Assembly (NCBI GenBank): GCA_964493435.1
Contig: CAZBMB010000004.1
Span: 66,719-130,718 of the forward strand
DNA: 64,000 nucleotides
Direction of reading: 5' to 3'
From: an uncultured Dehalococcoidaceae bacterium
Lineage (GTDB): Bacteria > Chloroflexota > Dehalococcoidia > Dehalococcoidales > RBG-16-60-22
Positions 37,139 through 45,806 of this stretch are shown here, one piece after another. The position numbers were made by a program, and so were the translations under genes. How positions within the stretch are numbered: position 1 is the first letter of the stretch; each line of letters starts with the position of its first letter. The notes below the pieces were generated by a model. The model had not been told where the DNA came from and ran no database searches. It was given only the letters and a program-made list of their open reading frames with translations.

Positions 37139-39820
37139 ATGGAAAAGATGAAACATACTCCGCTTTATGACGAGCATATTAAACTGGGGGCGAAAATGGT
37201 GGAGTTCGGCGGCTGGGAAATGCCTCTCCACTATGCCCGGGGTATCCTCGCCGAACATCTGGCCACCAGAAAATGCGGCGGGCTCTTTGATATCTCCCAT
37301 ATGGGCCGGTTCCGCATTGGCGGCGGTGATGCGCTGCCCTTCCTGCAGTATGTCCTGACCAACAACGCCGCAGCTCTGCTGCCGGGAATCGCCCAGTACA
37401 CCATGCTGCCCGATGAAACTGGTGGCGCCGTAGATGACGGGTACCTTTACTGCACCAGTGAGCAGGACTACCTGCTAGTGGTTAATGCGGCCAACACGGA
37501 GCCGGACTGGCAGTGGCTTCAGAAACACATGGCCCGGTTTCCCAAGCTGGTCCTGAAAGACGTTACCGGCCAGCTTGCCATGCTGGCGCTACAGGGCCCG
37601 AAAACAAAGGCAGTGCTGGAAGCCATCCCCGGCGATAGAACCAGAATCCCTGAGCCAATCTGGAACCATCTGACCAACAGTGAATTCATGAGCACCTTCA
37701 TGACTGTCTCCAGAACCGGATATACTGGCGAGCCGCTGGGTTTTGAACTGTTTCCGCCGGTTGATATCGCGGTTTCGCTGTGGCGCGAACTGCTTGAGGC
37801 CGGCGCTGAATATGGTATCGTGCCGGTGGGTCTGGGCGCCAGGGATACACTGAGGCTGGAAGCAGGTTTACCTCTCTACGGTCATGAACTTGGCGACGAT
37901 GTTGACGGTAAAAAGATACCCATATTTGCCCTGCCGGCAGCCCGGTTTGCCGTCAGCTTCAGCCCCGTTAAGGGCGATTTTATCGGGCGCGAGGCACTTT
38001 CCCAGCAGTTCCAGGAGGTGAAGCTCCGACGCGAAGGCAAGCTGGATAAGCCGAAGGATAAACTTCTGGTTCCAAAATCGGCCTACCTGATAGCCGTGCT
38101 GGGCGAAGGCGTGGCCAGGGAAGGAAGTCAGGTCCTGGTCAATGGCAGAAACGCGGGCAACGTTACCAGTGGCACGGTAATACCATACTGGAAATATCAA
38201 GGCCACGGCACACTGGCGATTCCCGGCGACGAATCCGCACGTCGGACACTCTGCGTGGCCTATCTTGATGCCGACTTAACAGAAGGGCAGAAAGTCGAGG
38301 TCATCGTTAGGGAAAAACCGGTTGAAGCCGTTATCGTCGGCAGACACGTCGGTCGTGAAGCACCCCCCTACGCCCGACCCCTGCTTGCCGACAATATCAT
38401 AGACAACGCTCCGACAAAGGGCAAAAAAGCCATAGAAGAACTGGCCGCCAATCTGGTGCAAAAAGCCCACGATAATACTCTGTGGCGCCAACAGCAGACC
38501 ATCAACCTGATACCTTCCGAGCAGACGGCATCACCGCTGGTGAAATTGCTGACCATCGCCGACCCAGCACACCGGTACGCCGAGCACCGCAGGGTAGAAG
38601 CGCTGGAAAACCTTGAGGCGTTCTACTACCAGGGAACCAAGTTCATTGCCGAGGTGGAAAAAGAGGTGCAGGCGCAACTCAGACAATTTCTTGACTGCTC
38701 CGAAGTGGAGGCCAGGCTGGTCAGTGGGCAGATGGCCAATGCCGCCACCTACAGCGGCATCATGGATTACCTGAACCGGGCTGACAGGCACACCACGCCG
38801 AGGAGAGTTAAATACGTGATGAACCACCACATCGGGCGGGGTGGCCACCTGAGCGCCCAGACCATAGGCGCGCTGCGGGACTTTGTCTCAATAGACCCGG
38901 TCACCGACCGCTGGGCGGTGGTCAACTTTCCCGTTCTGGCCAAAAACCCGTATCAGATAGATACCGCCAGAACTGCTGAACTTATCACCAGATACCAGCC
39001 GGAACTATTCATCCTCGGCAAGAGCATGATTTTGTACCGCGAGCCGGTGGCAGAAATAGCCCGGCTCATCGCTGATATGAAGCCGAAGCCAATCATCATG
39101 TATGACGCTGCCCACGTTTTGGGCCTTTTCGGCCCCTGCTTCCAGGAGCCGCTCAAAGAAGGTGCCGATATCGTCACCGCCTCCACGCACAAGACGTTTT
39201 TCGGCACGCAGCGCGGCATCATCGCCAGCAATATGAGTGAGGATTCGGATTATGCTGAACTCTGGGAAAGTATCCTGCGGCGGGCTTTCCCAGGCAGCGT
39301 CAGCAATCATCATCTCGGCACTTTGCTCGGTTTGCTCATGGCTGCCTATGAAATGAATGCTTACGGGCGGGACTACCAGCGTCAGGTGCTGGCCAATGCC
39401 AGGGCTTTCGCCCGGGCGTTGAAGGAACGAGGGCTTCACGTTGAAGGTGACCCGGCAGTCGATTTCACGGAGACTCACCAGGTTCTTTTACGCGTGGGTT
39501 ATGCCCGCGGCGTGGAGATAGCGGAACGTCTGGAACAGAACAACATCATCGTCAACTTCCAGGCACTGCCCGATGACGAGGCTTTCACCGCCAGCAGTGG
39601 CCTGAGAACCGGTGTCCAGGAGATGACTCGATTCGGCATGAAAGAGTCCGATTTCGCCGAGCTGGCGAAATACATGGCGGCGGTCATCCTTGAAGGAAAA
39701 AACGTTGCCAGCGATGTAACCTGCTTCCGGCAGAGGTTCACCACCATGCACTACTGCCTGCCTACGGAAAAGGCCAGACCGCTTATTGATAAAATGCTGG
39801 GTATTCTGTTAAAATCATAA
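37139..39820 (+). CDS. fusion protein: aminomethyltransferase (glycine-cleavage T protein) N-terminal half plus divergent serine hydroxymethyltransferase C-terminal half
   Basis: 893 aa with no internal stop. The N-terminal half has TPLYDEHIKLGAKMVEFGGWEMPLHY, FDISHMG, GLGARDTLRLEAGLPLYGHEL and DFIGREAL (GcvT). The C-terminal half, from about nt 38480, has INLIPSEQTASP, GGHLS and TASTHKTFFGTQRG (SHMT PLP-lysine motif; Lys codon 39191-39193). Confidence 0.85.
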   Translation: MEKMKHTPLYDEHIKLGAKMVEFGGWEMPLHYARGILAEHLATRKCGGLFDISHMGRFRIGGGDALPFLQYVLTNNAAALLPGIAQYTMLPDETGGAVDDGYLYCTSEQDYLLVVNAANTEPDWQWLQKHMARFPKLVLKDVTGQLAMLALQGPKTKAVLEAIPGDRTRIPEPIWNHLTNSEFMSTFMTVSRTGYTGEPLGFELFPPVDIAVSLWRELLEAGAEYGIVPVGLGARDTLRLEAGLPLYGHELGDDVDGKKIPIFALPAARFAVSFSPVKGDFIGREALSQQFQEVKLRREGKLDKPKDKLLVPKSAYLIAVLGEGVAREGSQVLVNGRNAGNVTSGTVIPYWKYQGHGTLAIPGDESARRTLCVAYLDADLTEGQKVEVIVREKPVEAVIVGRHVGREAPPYARPLLADNIIDNAPTKGKKAIEELAANLVQKAHDNTLWRQQQTINLIPSEQTASPLVKLLTIADPAHRYAEHRRVEALENLEAFYYQGTKFIAEVEKEVQAQLRQFLDCSEVEARLVSGQMANAATYSGIMDYLNRADRHTTPRRVKYVMNHHIGRGGHLSAQTIGALRDFVSIDPVTDRWAVVNFPVLAKNPYQIDTARTAELITRYQPELFILGKSMILYREPVAEIARLIADMKPKPIIMYDAAHVLGLFGPCFQEPLKEGADIVTASTHKTFFGTQRGIIASNMSEDSDYAELWESILRRAFPGSVSNHHLGTLLGLLMAAYEMNAYGRDYQRQVLANARAFARALKERGLHVEGDPAVDFTETHQVLLRVGYARGVEIAERLEQNNIIVNFQALPDDEAFTASSGLRTGVQEMTRFGMKESDFAELAKYMAAVILEGKNVASDVTCFRQRFTTMHYCLPTEKARPLIDKMLGILLKS

Positions 39821-41049
39821 TGCCGCTGCCAAAAAAATTTGATGAGGTGATTGTCATGCCCGGCGTTACATATCAGGAACTCAAACCTCCGCAACGTGTC
39901 CTTCTCGGTCCCGGCCCCAGCAATGTCCATCCACACGTCCAGCAGGCTATGATGGCGCCCGTGCTCGGGCACATGGACCCATATTTTTACACCATTATGG
40001 AAGACATCATGAACCTCCTGCGCTACCTTTTCCGGACCGAGAACAAGCTCACCTTCCCCGTCTCAGCCACCGGCTCTGCGGGTATGGAAGCTTGCCTCTG
40101 CAACTTTCTGGAACCGGGTGACGTTGCCGTCATCGCAAATAACGGGTTCTTTGCCGACCGGATGATAAATATCGCCTTGCGCTGCGGTGCGGAGGTCATC
40201 AAACTGGATGCCGAGTGGGGCCGCATCATTGAGCCCGAGGCAATCGAAGCCGCCCTTAAATCGCGGAAAAAAGTGAAGCTGCTGGCACTGGTACATGCTG
40301 AGACTTCCACCGGCGTTCTGCAGCCTCTCACTGAAGCCTCTAAATTAGCCAAACGGCATGAGGCGCTGCTGCTGGTGGATGCGGTTACATCTCTGGGAGG
40401 ACACGAGCTGGCAGTGGACGACTGGGGCATTGACATCTGCTATAGCGGCTCTCAGAAGTGCCTCAGTTGCCCGCCCGGGCTGTCCCCCATCACCGTTAAC
40501 CAGAAAGCCATGGACACTCTCCCGAAACGCTCACATGCCATACCAAGCTACTATTTTGACCTATCATTGCTCGCCAAGTACTGGGTAAGGGAGAAGGGGC
40601 AACGAGCCTATCATCACACTGCGCCCGCCAGTATGTTCTACGCCCTGCATAAGGCACTGGCGCTCGCCGCCGAGGAAGGTTTAGAGGCACGCATCCAGCG
40701 TCATGCCAGGCACGGCGCCGCGCTTCAGGCTGGTCTGGAGGCAATTGGACTTACCTTACACGTCCAGCCCGAATACCGCCTCAACACGCTGACCACAGTT
40801 CGTATTCCGGAAGGCATTGACGATGCCCGGATAAGGCAGCGTCTCCTGAGCGATTACAGCATCGAAATCGGCGGCGGTTTGGGGACACTGAAAGGTAAGG
40901 TCTGGCGCATCGGGCTTATGGGGTATTCTTCCAGTGAGCAGAATATACTGCTTGTCCTGTCAGCCCTGGAGAAACTGCTGGCTGAAGAGGGTTACAAGAC
41001 GGATTCCGGTGCCGGCGTTAGCGCTGTAGTTAGATCACTTCATAGCTAA
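39820..41049 (+). CDS. class V aminotransferase (serine-pyruvate / alanine-glyoxylate aminotransferase-like)
   Basis: 409 aa. LLGPGPSNVHPHVQQAM and SGSQKCLSCPPG (PLP Lys). The ATG overlaps the upstream stop (TAATG). An alternative start at 39856 gives MPGVTY. Confidence 0.85.
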   Translation: MPLPKKFDEVIVMPGVTYQELKPPQRVLLGPGPSNVHPHVQQAMMAPVLGHMDPYFYTIMEDIMNLLRYLFRTENKLTFPVSATGSAGMEACLCNFLEPGDVAVIANNGFFADRMINIALRCGAEVIKLDAEWGRIIEPEAIEAALKSRKKVKLLALVHAETSTGVLQPLTEASKLAKRHEALLLVDAVTSLGGHELAVDDWGIDICYSGSQKCLSCPPGLSPITVNQKAMDTLPKRSHAIPSYYFDLSLLAKYWVREKGQRAYHHTAPASMFYALHKALALAAEEGLEARIQRHARHGAALQAGLEAIGLTLHVQPEYRLNTLTTVRIPEGIDDARIRQRLLSDYSIEIGGGLGTLKGKVWRIGLMGYSSSEQNILLVLSALEKLLAEEGYKTDSGAGVSAVVRSLHS

Positions 41050-41570
41050 CTTTTATTTTCTCCGCGGAACTGGCGATAATGCTCCAGTATCTCGTTGACC
41101 AGATCGCCCTGCTCTTTTCCCCGACAATCAATAATAATATCGGCGTACTTGAAGTATAGAGGTCTTCTTTCCTCATAAATCTGCCGCAGTGTCTTGTAGC
41201 GCAAGCCAACGATTCCCCGGTCAAGGCCGCCCGCCAGCTTGGCTTCTATATTGGCAAAAGAATCGTCCAAATAAACGAGGGTCGCATTCCCTTTCAGGTA
41301 TTCCATAAGGTCAGAATGGTAGATTATGCTGCCGCCCGGTGCCACCACCATTCGCGGTAATGGAATTTCAAGCACATGACGCTTTTCCAACTGCAGAAAA
41401 GCTTCTTCTCCCACGCTGTCGATGAGTTCCTGTATCCGCTTCCCTTCCTTCTGAAAAATATAATCGTCCACGTCCAGGAAATCATATTCAAGGGCCTGTG
41501 CCAGCACCATCCCAATTGTGGACTTGCCCACACCGGCCATGCCAATAATAACAATGCTCGCCTTTCTCAT
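41046..41570 (-). CDS. aroK: shikimate-kinase-like P-loop kinase
   Basis: The track ORF is 41046..41663. I prefer MRKASIVIIGMAGVGKSTIG (Walker A), followed by LDVDDYI. The symbol is tentative. Confidence 0.6.
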   Translation of the reverse strand: MRKASIVIIGMAGVGKSTIGMVLAQALEYDFLDVDDYIFQKEGKRIQELIDSVGEEAFLQLEKRHVLEIPLPRMVVAPGGSIIYHSDLMEYLKGNATLVYLDDSFANIEAKLAGGLDRGIVGLRYKTLRQIYEERRPLYFKYADIIIDCRGKEQGDLVNEILEHYRQFRGENKS

Positions 41571-41720
41571 TCTAAGCACCTTGCGATTGGTTTTCACCCA
41601 AGAATAGCACCTGCCTGAAAAATCCGTCAACTTTATAATTGAACTCTGGAAGTTGGTATGCAAAAATCCAGATAGGGTATTTACTTGGCCGTCTTTTTAC
41701 CTTATACTACCTAAAACACC

Positions 41721-42341
41721 GTGACGGACATTACAATCGCAATACTGTTGGCCACCGCAGCCTATTTACTGGGGGCCTGTCCTTTCTCTCTCCTAGTGGG
41801 GCGGTGCCTGCTGCATAAAGACATCCGCGAATACGGTGATGGCAACCCCGGCGCGGGCAATGTTTTCCGTGCCGGTGATGTCAGGGCCGGCTCGTTGGCC
41901 GTTATTCTTGATATCGGGAAGGGGTTCCCTTTCGTCTTCATCGCTCACTTTCACTTCGGACTTTCTGAACCGCTGATTGTCGCCATCGGCTTGAGTGCTA
42001 TACTCGGCCATGCCTTCTCTCCATTCCTGCATTTTAAGGGCGGTAAGGCACTTGCCGTTACCGGCGGTGTTCTCCTGGCGTTTCCCCAGTACCATCTGTT
42101 TCTCCTTTTCATAGTTTTTATTTTCGCCGCCTTTCTATTCATTGAACAGGACGCATGGACAGCCATAGCTTCCCCTGCGAGCACACTAACCTATTTGATA
42201 ATCACCCGGGGGAATCCATGGGAACTGCTTTTTGCACTTGGCGTTCTGATAGTGTTTGTCCTCAAGCAATATGAAAGCTTAAAGACCGTCCCCAAATTCA
42301 GATTGAAACCAGTACGGTGGTATCAGTCAAGAAGTGGATGA
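41721..42341 (+). CDS. plsY: glycerol-3-phosphate acyltransferase PlsY family
   Basis: 206 aa membrane protein with GTG start. GDGNPGAGNVFRA matches the PlsY G-x-G-N-x-G-x-x-N motif. Confidence 0.8.
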   Translation: MTDITIAILLATAAYLLGACPFSLLVGRCLLHKDIREYGDGNPGAGNVFRAGDVRAGSLAVILDIGKGFPFVFIAHFHFGLSEPLIVAIGLSAILGHAFSPFLHFKGGKALAVTGGVLLAFPQYHLFLLFIVFIFAAFLFIEQDAWTAIASPASTLTYLIITRGNPWELLFALGVLIVFVLKQYESLKTVPKFRLKPVRWYQSRSG

Positions 42342-42362
42342 ATTGAGAGAGGAGCTAATGTA

Positions 42363-43511
42363 ATGCTGTTCCAGGGAATAATCGCCGCCGGGCTTTTCAT
42401 CTTCCTGCTTAATCTTACCCTTAACCTGAAAAGCCTCAAGGCCCTGCGCCGCGATGAGAAAATCCCTGAGCCAGCTCCGCTCATTTCTGTTCTTGTCCCC
42501 GCCCGGGATGAGGAAGCAAATATCGCCACCTGTCTTGTTTCCCTGCAGAAGCAGGACTACCCCAACTACGAGATTCTGGTGCTGGATGATAACTCCACAG
42601 ACAATACCGGAACTATAATAGAGAACATGGCCGCCGGTGATTCCCGCATACATCCGCTTCGGGGCGAGCCACTGCCCAAGGACTGGACGGGCAAGTCTTT
42701 CGCCTGCTATCAGCTGGCCAAGGAAGCTCGCGGCTCCTGGCTTCTATTTGTTGATGCCGATACCACGCATGCTACCCATATGCTGCGCAGCGCCCTGGCC
42801 CAGGCGCTCCGCTTAAATTCCTCACTCCTTTCCGGCTTTCCCCGCCAGCTGGCAAACTCACTGCCTCAGAAAATAGCCATTCCGGTATTGTATTTCATCA
42901 TTCTTACCTGGTTTCCACTCTGGTGGTTGCAGCGCTCCAAAGGAACCAAACCATCACTGGCCATCGGCCAGTTTCTGCTGTTTCCCAGAGAAGAATACTG
43001 GCGTATTGGCGGCCACGAAGCGGTGAAGTCCCGCATTCTGGAAGACGTCTGGCTGGGCGCTGAGATAAGCCGCCACGGTGGCCGTCAGGTGGCGGTTGAC
43101 CTGTCCTCCGCAGTCTCCTGCAACATGTACCACAATGTGGGCGCGATGTTTGAAGGCTTTATCAAATGGATTTACTCGGTGGCGTCACTGTCCCCCATTG
43201 CTCTGACCATTATGATGGCCGCTGCCTACTTTTTCTACCTGGCGCCGTTTTATTCGCTCTGGCGGGAGCTATTTGTGGTTGTCGGCCCCTCAGGACTGCG
43301 CGCCATTGTCATCTCCCAGGTGGGCATGATCCTGTTTATGCGCTGGCTGGTGGACAGTCGCTTCAAAGAGCCGTTTATCTCGGTCTTTCTGCATCCGCTC
43401 GGGCTCTCATTCCTCTTTCTGTCCGCCCTCTACGCTGTCTTCAGACGTGCCATTGGCGCCGGTGTCCGCTGGAAAGAACGGCTTTACAGTCGCGAATCTT
43501 CCGTTGAATAA
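42363..43511 (+). CDS. family 2 glycosyltransferase with C-terminal membrane domain
   Basis: 382 aa. ISVLVPARDEEANI, VLDDNSTDNT and FVDADT (DxD), followed by several hydrophobic helices. Confidence 0.8.
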   Translation: MLFQGIIAAGLFIFLLNLTLNLKSLKALRRDEKIPEPAPLISVLVPARDEEANIATCLVSLQKQDYPNYEILVLDDNSTDNTGTIIENMAAGDSRIHPLRGEPLPKDWTGKSFACYQLAKEARGSWLLFVDADTTHATHMLRSALAQALRLNSSLLSGFPRQLANSLPQKIAIPVLYFIILTWFPLWWLQRSKGTKPSLAIGQFLLFPREEYWRIGGHEAVKSRILEDVWLGAEISRHGGRQVAVDLSSAVSCNMYHNVGAMFEGFIKWIYSVASLSPIALTIMMAAAYFFYLAPFYSLWRELFVVVGPSGLRAIVISQVGMILFMRWLVDSRFKEPFISVFLHPLGLSFLFLSALYAVFRRAIGAGVRWKERLYSRESSVE

Positions 43512-43544
43512 AACAACGATTCTGTAAATAGAATATTTTATATC

Positions 43545-43574
43545 TTAACTATACTTGACATTCCGTGTTATAAT
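43545..43574 (+). promoter_or_regulatory. candidate sigma70-type promoter at the head of a long AT-rich leader
   Basis: TTAACT (43545-43550), an 18-nt spacer, then TATAAT (43569-43574). The next start codon with an RBS is at 44002. AT-rich DNA produces such matches easily. Confidence 0.3.
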
Positions 43575-44001
43575 AATGTAACGCTGCACAAAAGAATATC
43601 AGGCAGTATTATTAAGCCTTTCGTCTTTACATAGTTTTAAGATATTAAGAGCCATTGGGCGAAAGGAGCAAAAACTTAAGGGGATTATTAGATATTGCCC
43701 GCAAAAAGCGCCTGATATCACTCAGAACTTGATAACTGGCCGACGGCATATATCAGCCCACGCTAAGAAGGTACACAGAGCCAGTTAAGAGTTCTCAGCA
43801 ATGAGCTATGAGTATCCCCAAGTATTAAGTTCAACAAAAGCACACGTGTATTTCTAATCCTTTGAATGTAATATCGACATGATTGCGATATTTATGTAAA
43901 TTAAAATTGATGGCTAATGCTAAATAGCAACAAAGGGGGTGATGGATTTCAATAATCATGATGGGAAATGCTGGATTAAAAAATTTAGCTGAGGAGGAGT
44001 A

Positions 44002-45195
44002 ATGAAGAAAGGAAAAGTTATCGCCATATTTATGGTATTAGCACTACTCGGCAGTATAGTAGCTGCCGGCTGTGCGGCTCCAGCTCCTGCACCGGCTCCA
44101 GCTCCTGCACCGGCTCCAGCTCCTGCACCGGCTCCAGCCCCTGCACCGGCTCCAGCCCCTGCGCCAACTCCAGCACCATCACCAGCACCAGCCGCACCAG
44201 CAGAAGTTATCACCTTGATAGGACAGTCGTCCCTGCCCGCCGGAATGCCGGTAACCTGGGGCATGGAGGATTTTTCCAAGCGAGTTGAAGCCGCTACTGC
44301 AGGACGCCTTATTATGAAAGCTCATCCTACCGGCGCCATCTGCCCGGCAACAGAAGAGCACAAGGCAATTCAGACCGGCGTGCTTGACTGGGCCGGCAGC
44401 GGTGGTGGCTATATGAGAGGTGACATGTCATGGGCCGGCCAGTGCATTCAGCCGGTAGGCGGCATGCCTCCGGAACCGCTACAGGTCTGGCTTGACAACG
44501 AGGGTTGTGACATAGCCAACAAGTGGTTCCAGCAACTGGGATGGGATTTCACATTTATTAAGGGTTCCGGCTTCGCCGGGCCGCCCGAGATATTCGGCCA
44601 CTTTGAGAAGGAGCTGAAGACCGTCGACGACCTGAAAGGTATCAAGATGCGATGCTCCGGTGACGGCGGCACCGTCCTCGGCAACATGGGCGTCGGCCCC
44701 ATCTTCATGCCCCTGGGCGAAGTCTTTGAAGCCATGCAACGCGGCCTCATTGACGCCTATGAATGCAGCTCCCCGCGCTTTGACTGGGAGATGGGCCTGA
44801 ACGAAGTGGGCAAGTATGTCTACCTCTGCCCGATACGGGCGCCCACCGAGGTCTATATGTTCCTGATCAAGACGAGCACGTTCATGGCGCTGCCCGACGA
44901 CCTCAAGGTAATCATTGAGGACCTGGCTGTGGCGGAGACATGGGACTACCATGACAAGCTTGTCGCTGGTGACGCCGAAGCGTTACAGAACTTCAAAGAC
45001 TACGGGAACATAGTGCTGAATCTGCCCCCGTCAATAGAGGAGGCGTTCGGTAACGAGGCCATCAAATACGTCGATGGTGAAATGGCCAAAGACCCCGGGT
45101 ACCAAGAGATAGCGCAGTCCCAGCGTGATTTTGCCAAGATGTGGGACGAGCTGTACGGGCTTCCTTCCTGGGCCAAATACTCATACAAAAAATAA
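44002..45195 (+). CDS. TRAP transporter substrate-binding lipoprotein with (Ala-Pro)n linker
   Basis: 397 aa. GAGGAGG RBS and lipobox VAAGC, then about 40 residues of APAPAP...TPAPSPAPAAPAE, then a DctP-type (mannitol/chloroaromatic subgroup-like) binding domain. Confidence 0.85.
   Translation: MKKGKVIAIFMVLALLGSIVAAGCAAPAPAPAPAPAPAPAPAPAPAPAPAPAPAPTPAPSPAPAAPAEVITLIGQSSLPAGMPVTWGMEDFSKRVEAATAGRLIMKAHPTGAICPATEEHKAIQTGVLDWAGSGGGYMRGDMSWAGQCIQPVGGMPPEPLQVWLDNEGCDIANKWFQQLGWDFTFIKGSGFAGPPEIFGHFEKELKTVDDLKGIKMRCSGDGGTVLGNMGVGPIFMPLGEVFEAMQRGLIDAYECSSPRFDWEMGLNEVGKYVYLCPIRAPTEVYMFLIKTSTFMALPDDLKVIIEDLAVAETWDYHDKLVAGDAEALQNFKDYGNIVLNLPPSIEEAFGNEAIKYVDGEMAKDPGYQEIAQSQRDFAKMWDELYGLPSWAKYSYKK
44077..44200 (+). 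repeat. in-frame tandem repeat encoding the (Ala-Pro)n linker
   Basis: The 18-bp unit GCTCCAGCTCCTGCACCG occurs five times head to tail (44077-44166) with 0-4 substitutions each. It then degenerates to about 44200. Confidence 0.9.
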
Positions 45196-45231
45196 AGCCC
45201 GGTTAGCCACTGACAGGCAAATTCAATCCGT

Positions 45232-45261
45232 CCCCGCTCCGGGGCAAGCCCCGGGGCGGGG
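45232..45261 (+). promoter_or_regulatory. GC-rich intercistronic stem-loop between the TRAP binding-protein and permease genes
   Basis: CCCCGCTCCGGGGC-AA-GCCCCGGGGCGGGG forms 14-nt arms with one mismatch. No T-tract follows, so it looks more like an mRNA stability or processing element than a full terminator. Confidence 0.5.
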
Positions 45262-45299
45262 CATGGTAAAAGGTCGATTTTAGAAATGAATTTGAAAAG

Positions 45300-45806
45300 A
45301 TGAAAAAAATAGTTAAAGCGATAGACCGTCTTAATGACAGAGTGGGCATGGGCGTACGGTGGCTTTCCGTCCTCGCTCTCAGCATCATTTGTGCTGAGGT
45401 GTTTATGAGGTATGTGCTTAACCACCCGACGACGGTACTGGCGATAACGGCCGTAATGACCGCGTCCACAATGTATGCCTGTTCCTTTGGCTATGTCCAC
45501 CTCAACCGCCGCCACATCAGGGTAGATGTCATTTATGCACACCTGCCAACGGCAGTCAAGTTTGCCATTGACATTTTTTGCGCCCTGCTCTTTCTCCTGC
45601 CGCTTATCGGTCTGCTTGCCTACGCCGGCTGGAACTGGATGTGGTTTGCCTGGGAAACCAATGAAAAGAACCTGTTCAGCTGGTGGTATCCCATAATGGG
45701 TCCGGTAAGAACCTCCGTCTTTATTGGGTTCTGTTTATTTGCCCTCCAGGGTATTGCCACGCTCTACCGCGATATCTATTCTCTAGTGAGGCATGAAGAG
45801 CTATGA
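45300..45806 (+). CDS. TRAP transporter small permease
   Basis: 168 aa with four hydrophobic helices. It sits between the binding protein and the large permease, and overlaps the next gene by 4 nt. Confidence 0.8.
   Translation: MKKIVKAIDRLNDRVGMGVRWLSVLALSIICAEVFMRYVLNHPTTVLAITAVMTASTMYACSFGYVHLNRRHIRVDVIYAHLPTAVKFAIDIFCALLFLLPLIGLLAYAGWNWMWFAWETNEKNLFSWWYPIMGPVRTSVFIGFCLFALQGIATLYRDIYSLVRHEEL

Noticed and set aside
44077-44200. Possible CRISPR-like array, because of regularly spaced identical 18-bp units
   Set aside because: The units are contiguous with no spacers. They are in frame within a CDS, and no cas genes are present. This is a coding tandem repeat.
43956-44279. 107-aa minus-strand ORF encoding a long (Gly-Ala)n run
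   Set aside because: It is the antisense reading of the (Ala-Pro)n tandem repeat inside the well-supported TRAP binding-protein gene, and it has no RBS or independent support.
45000-45542. 180-aa minus-strand ORF spanning the TRAP intercistronic region
   Set aside because: It runs antisense across the end of the binding-protein gene, the GC-rich hairpin and the start of the small permease gene. No motifs.
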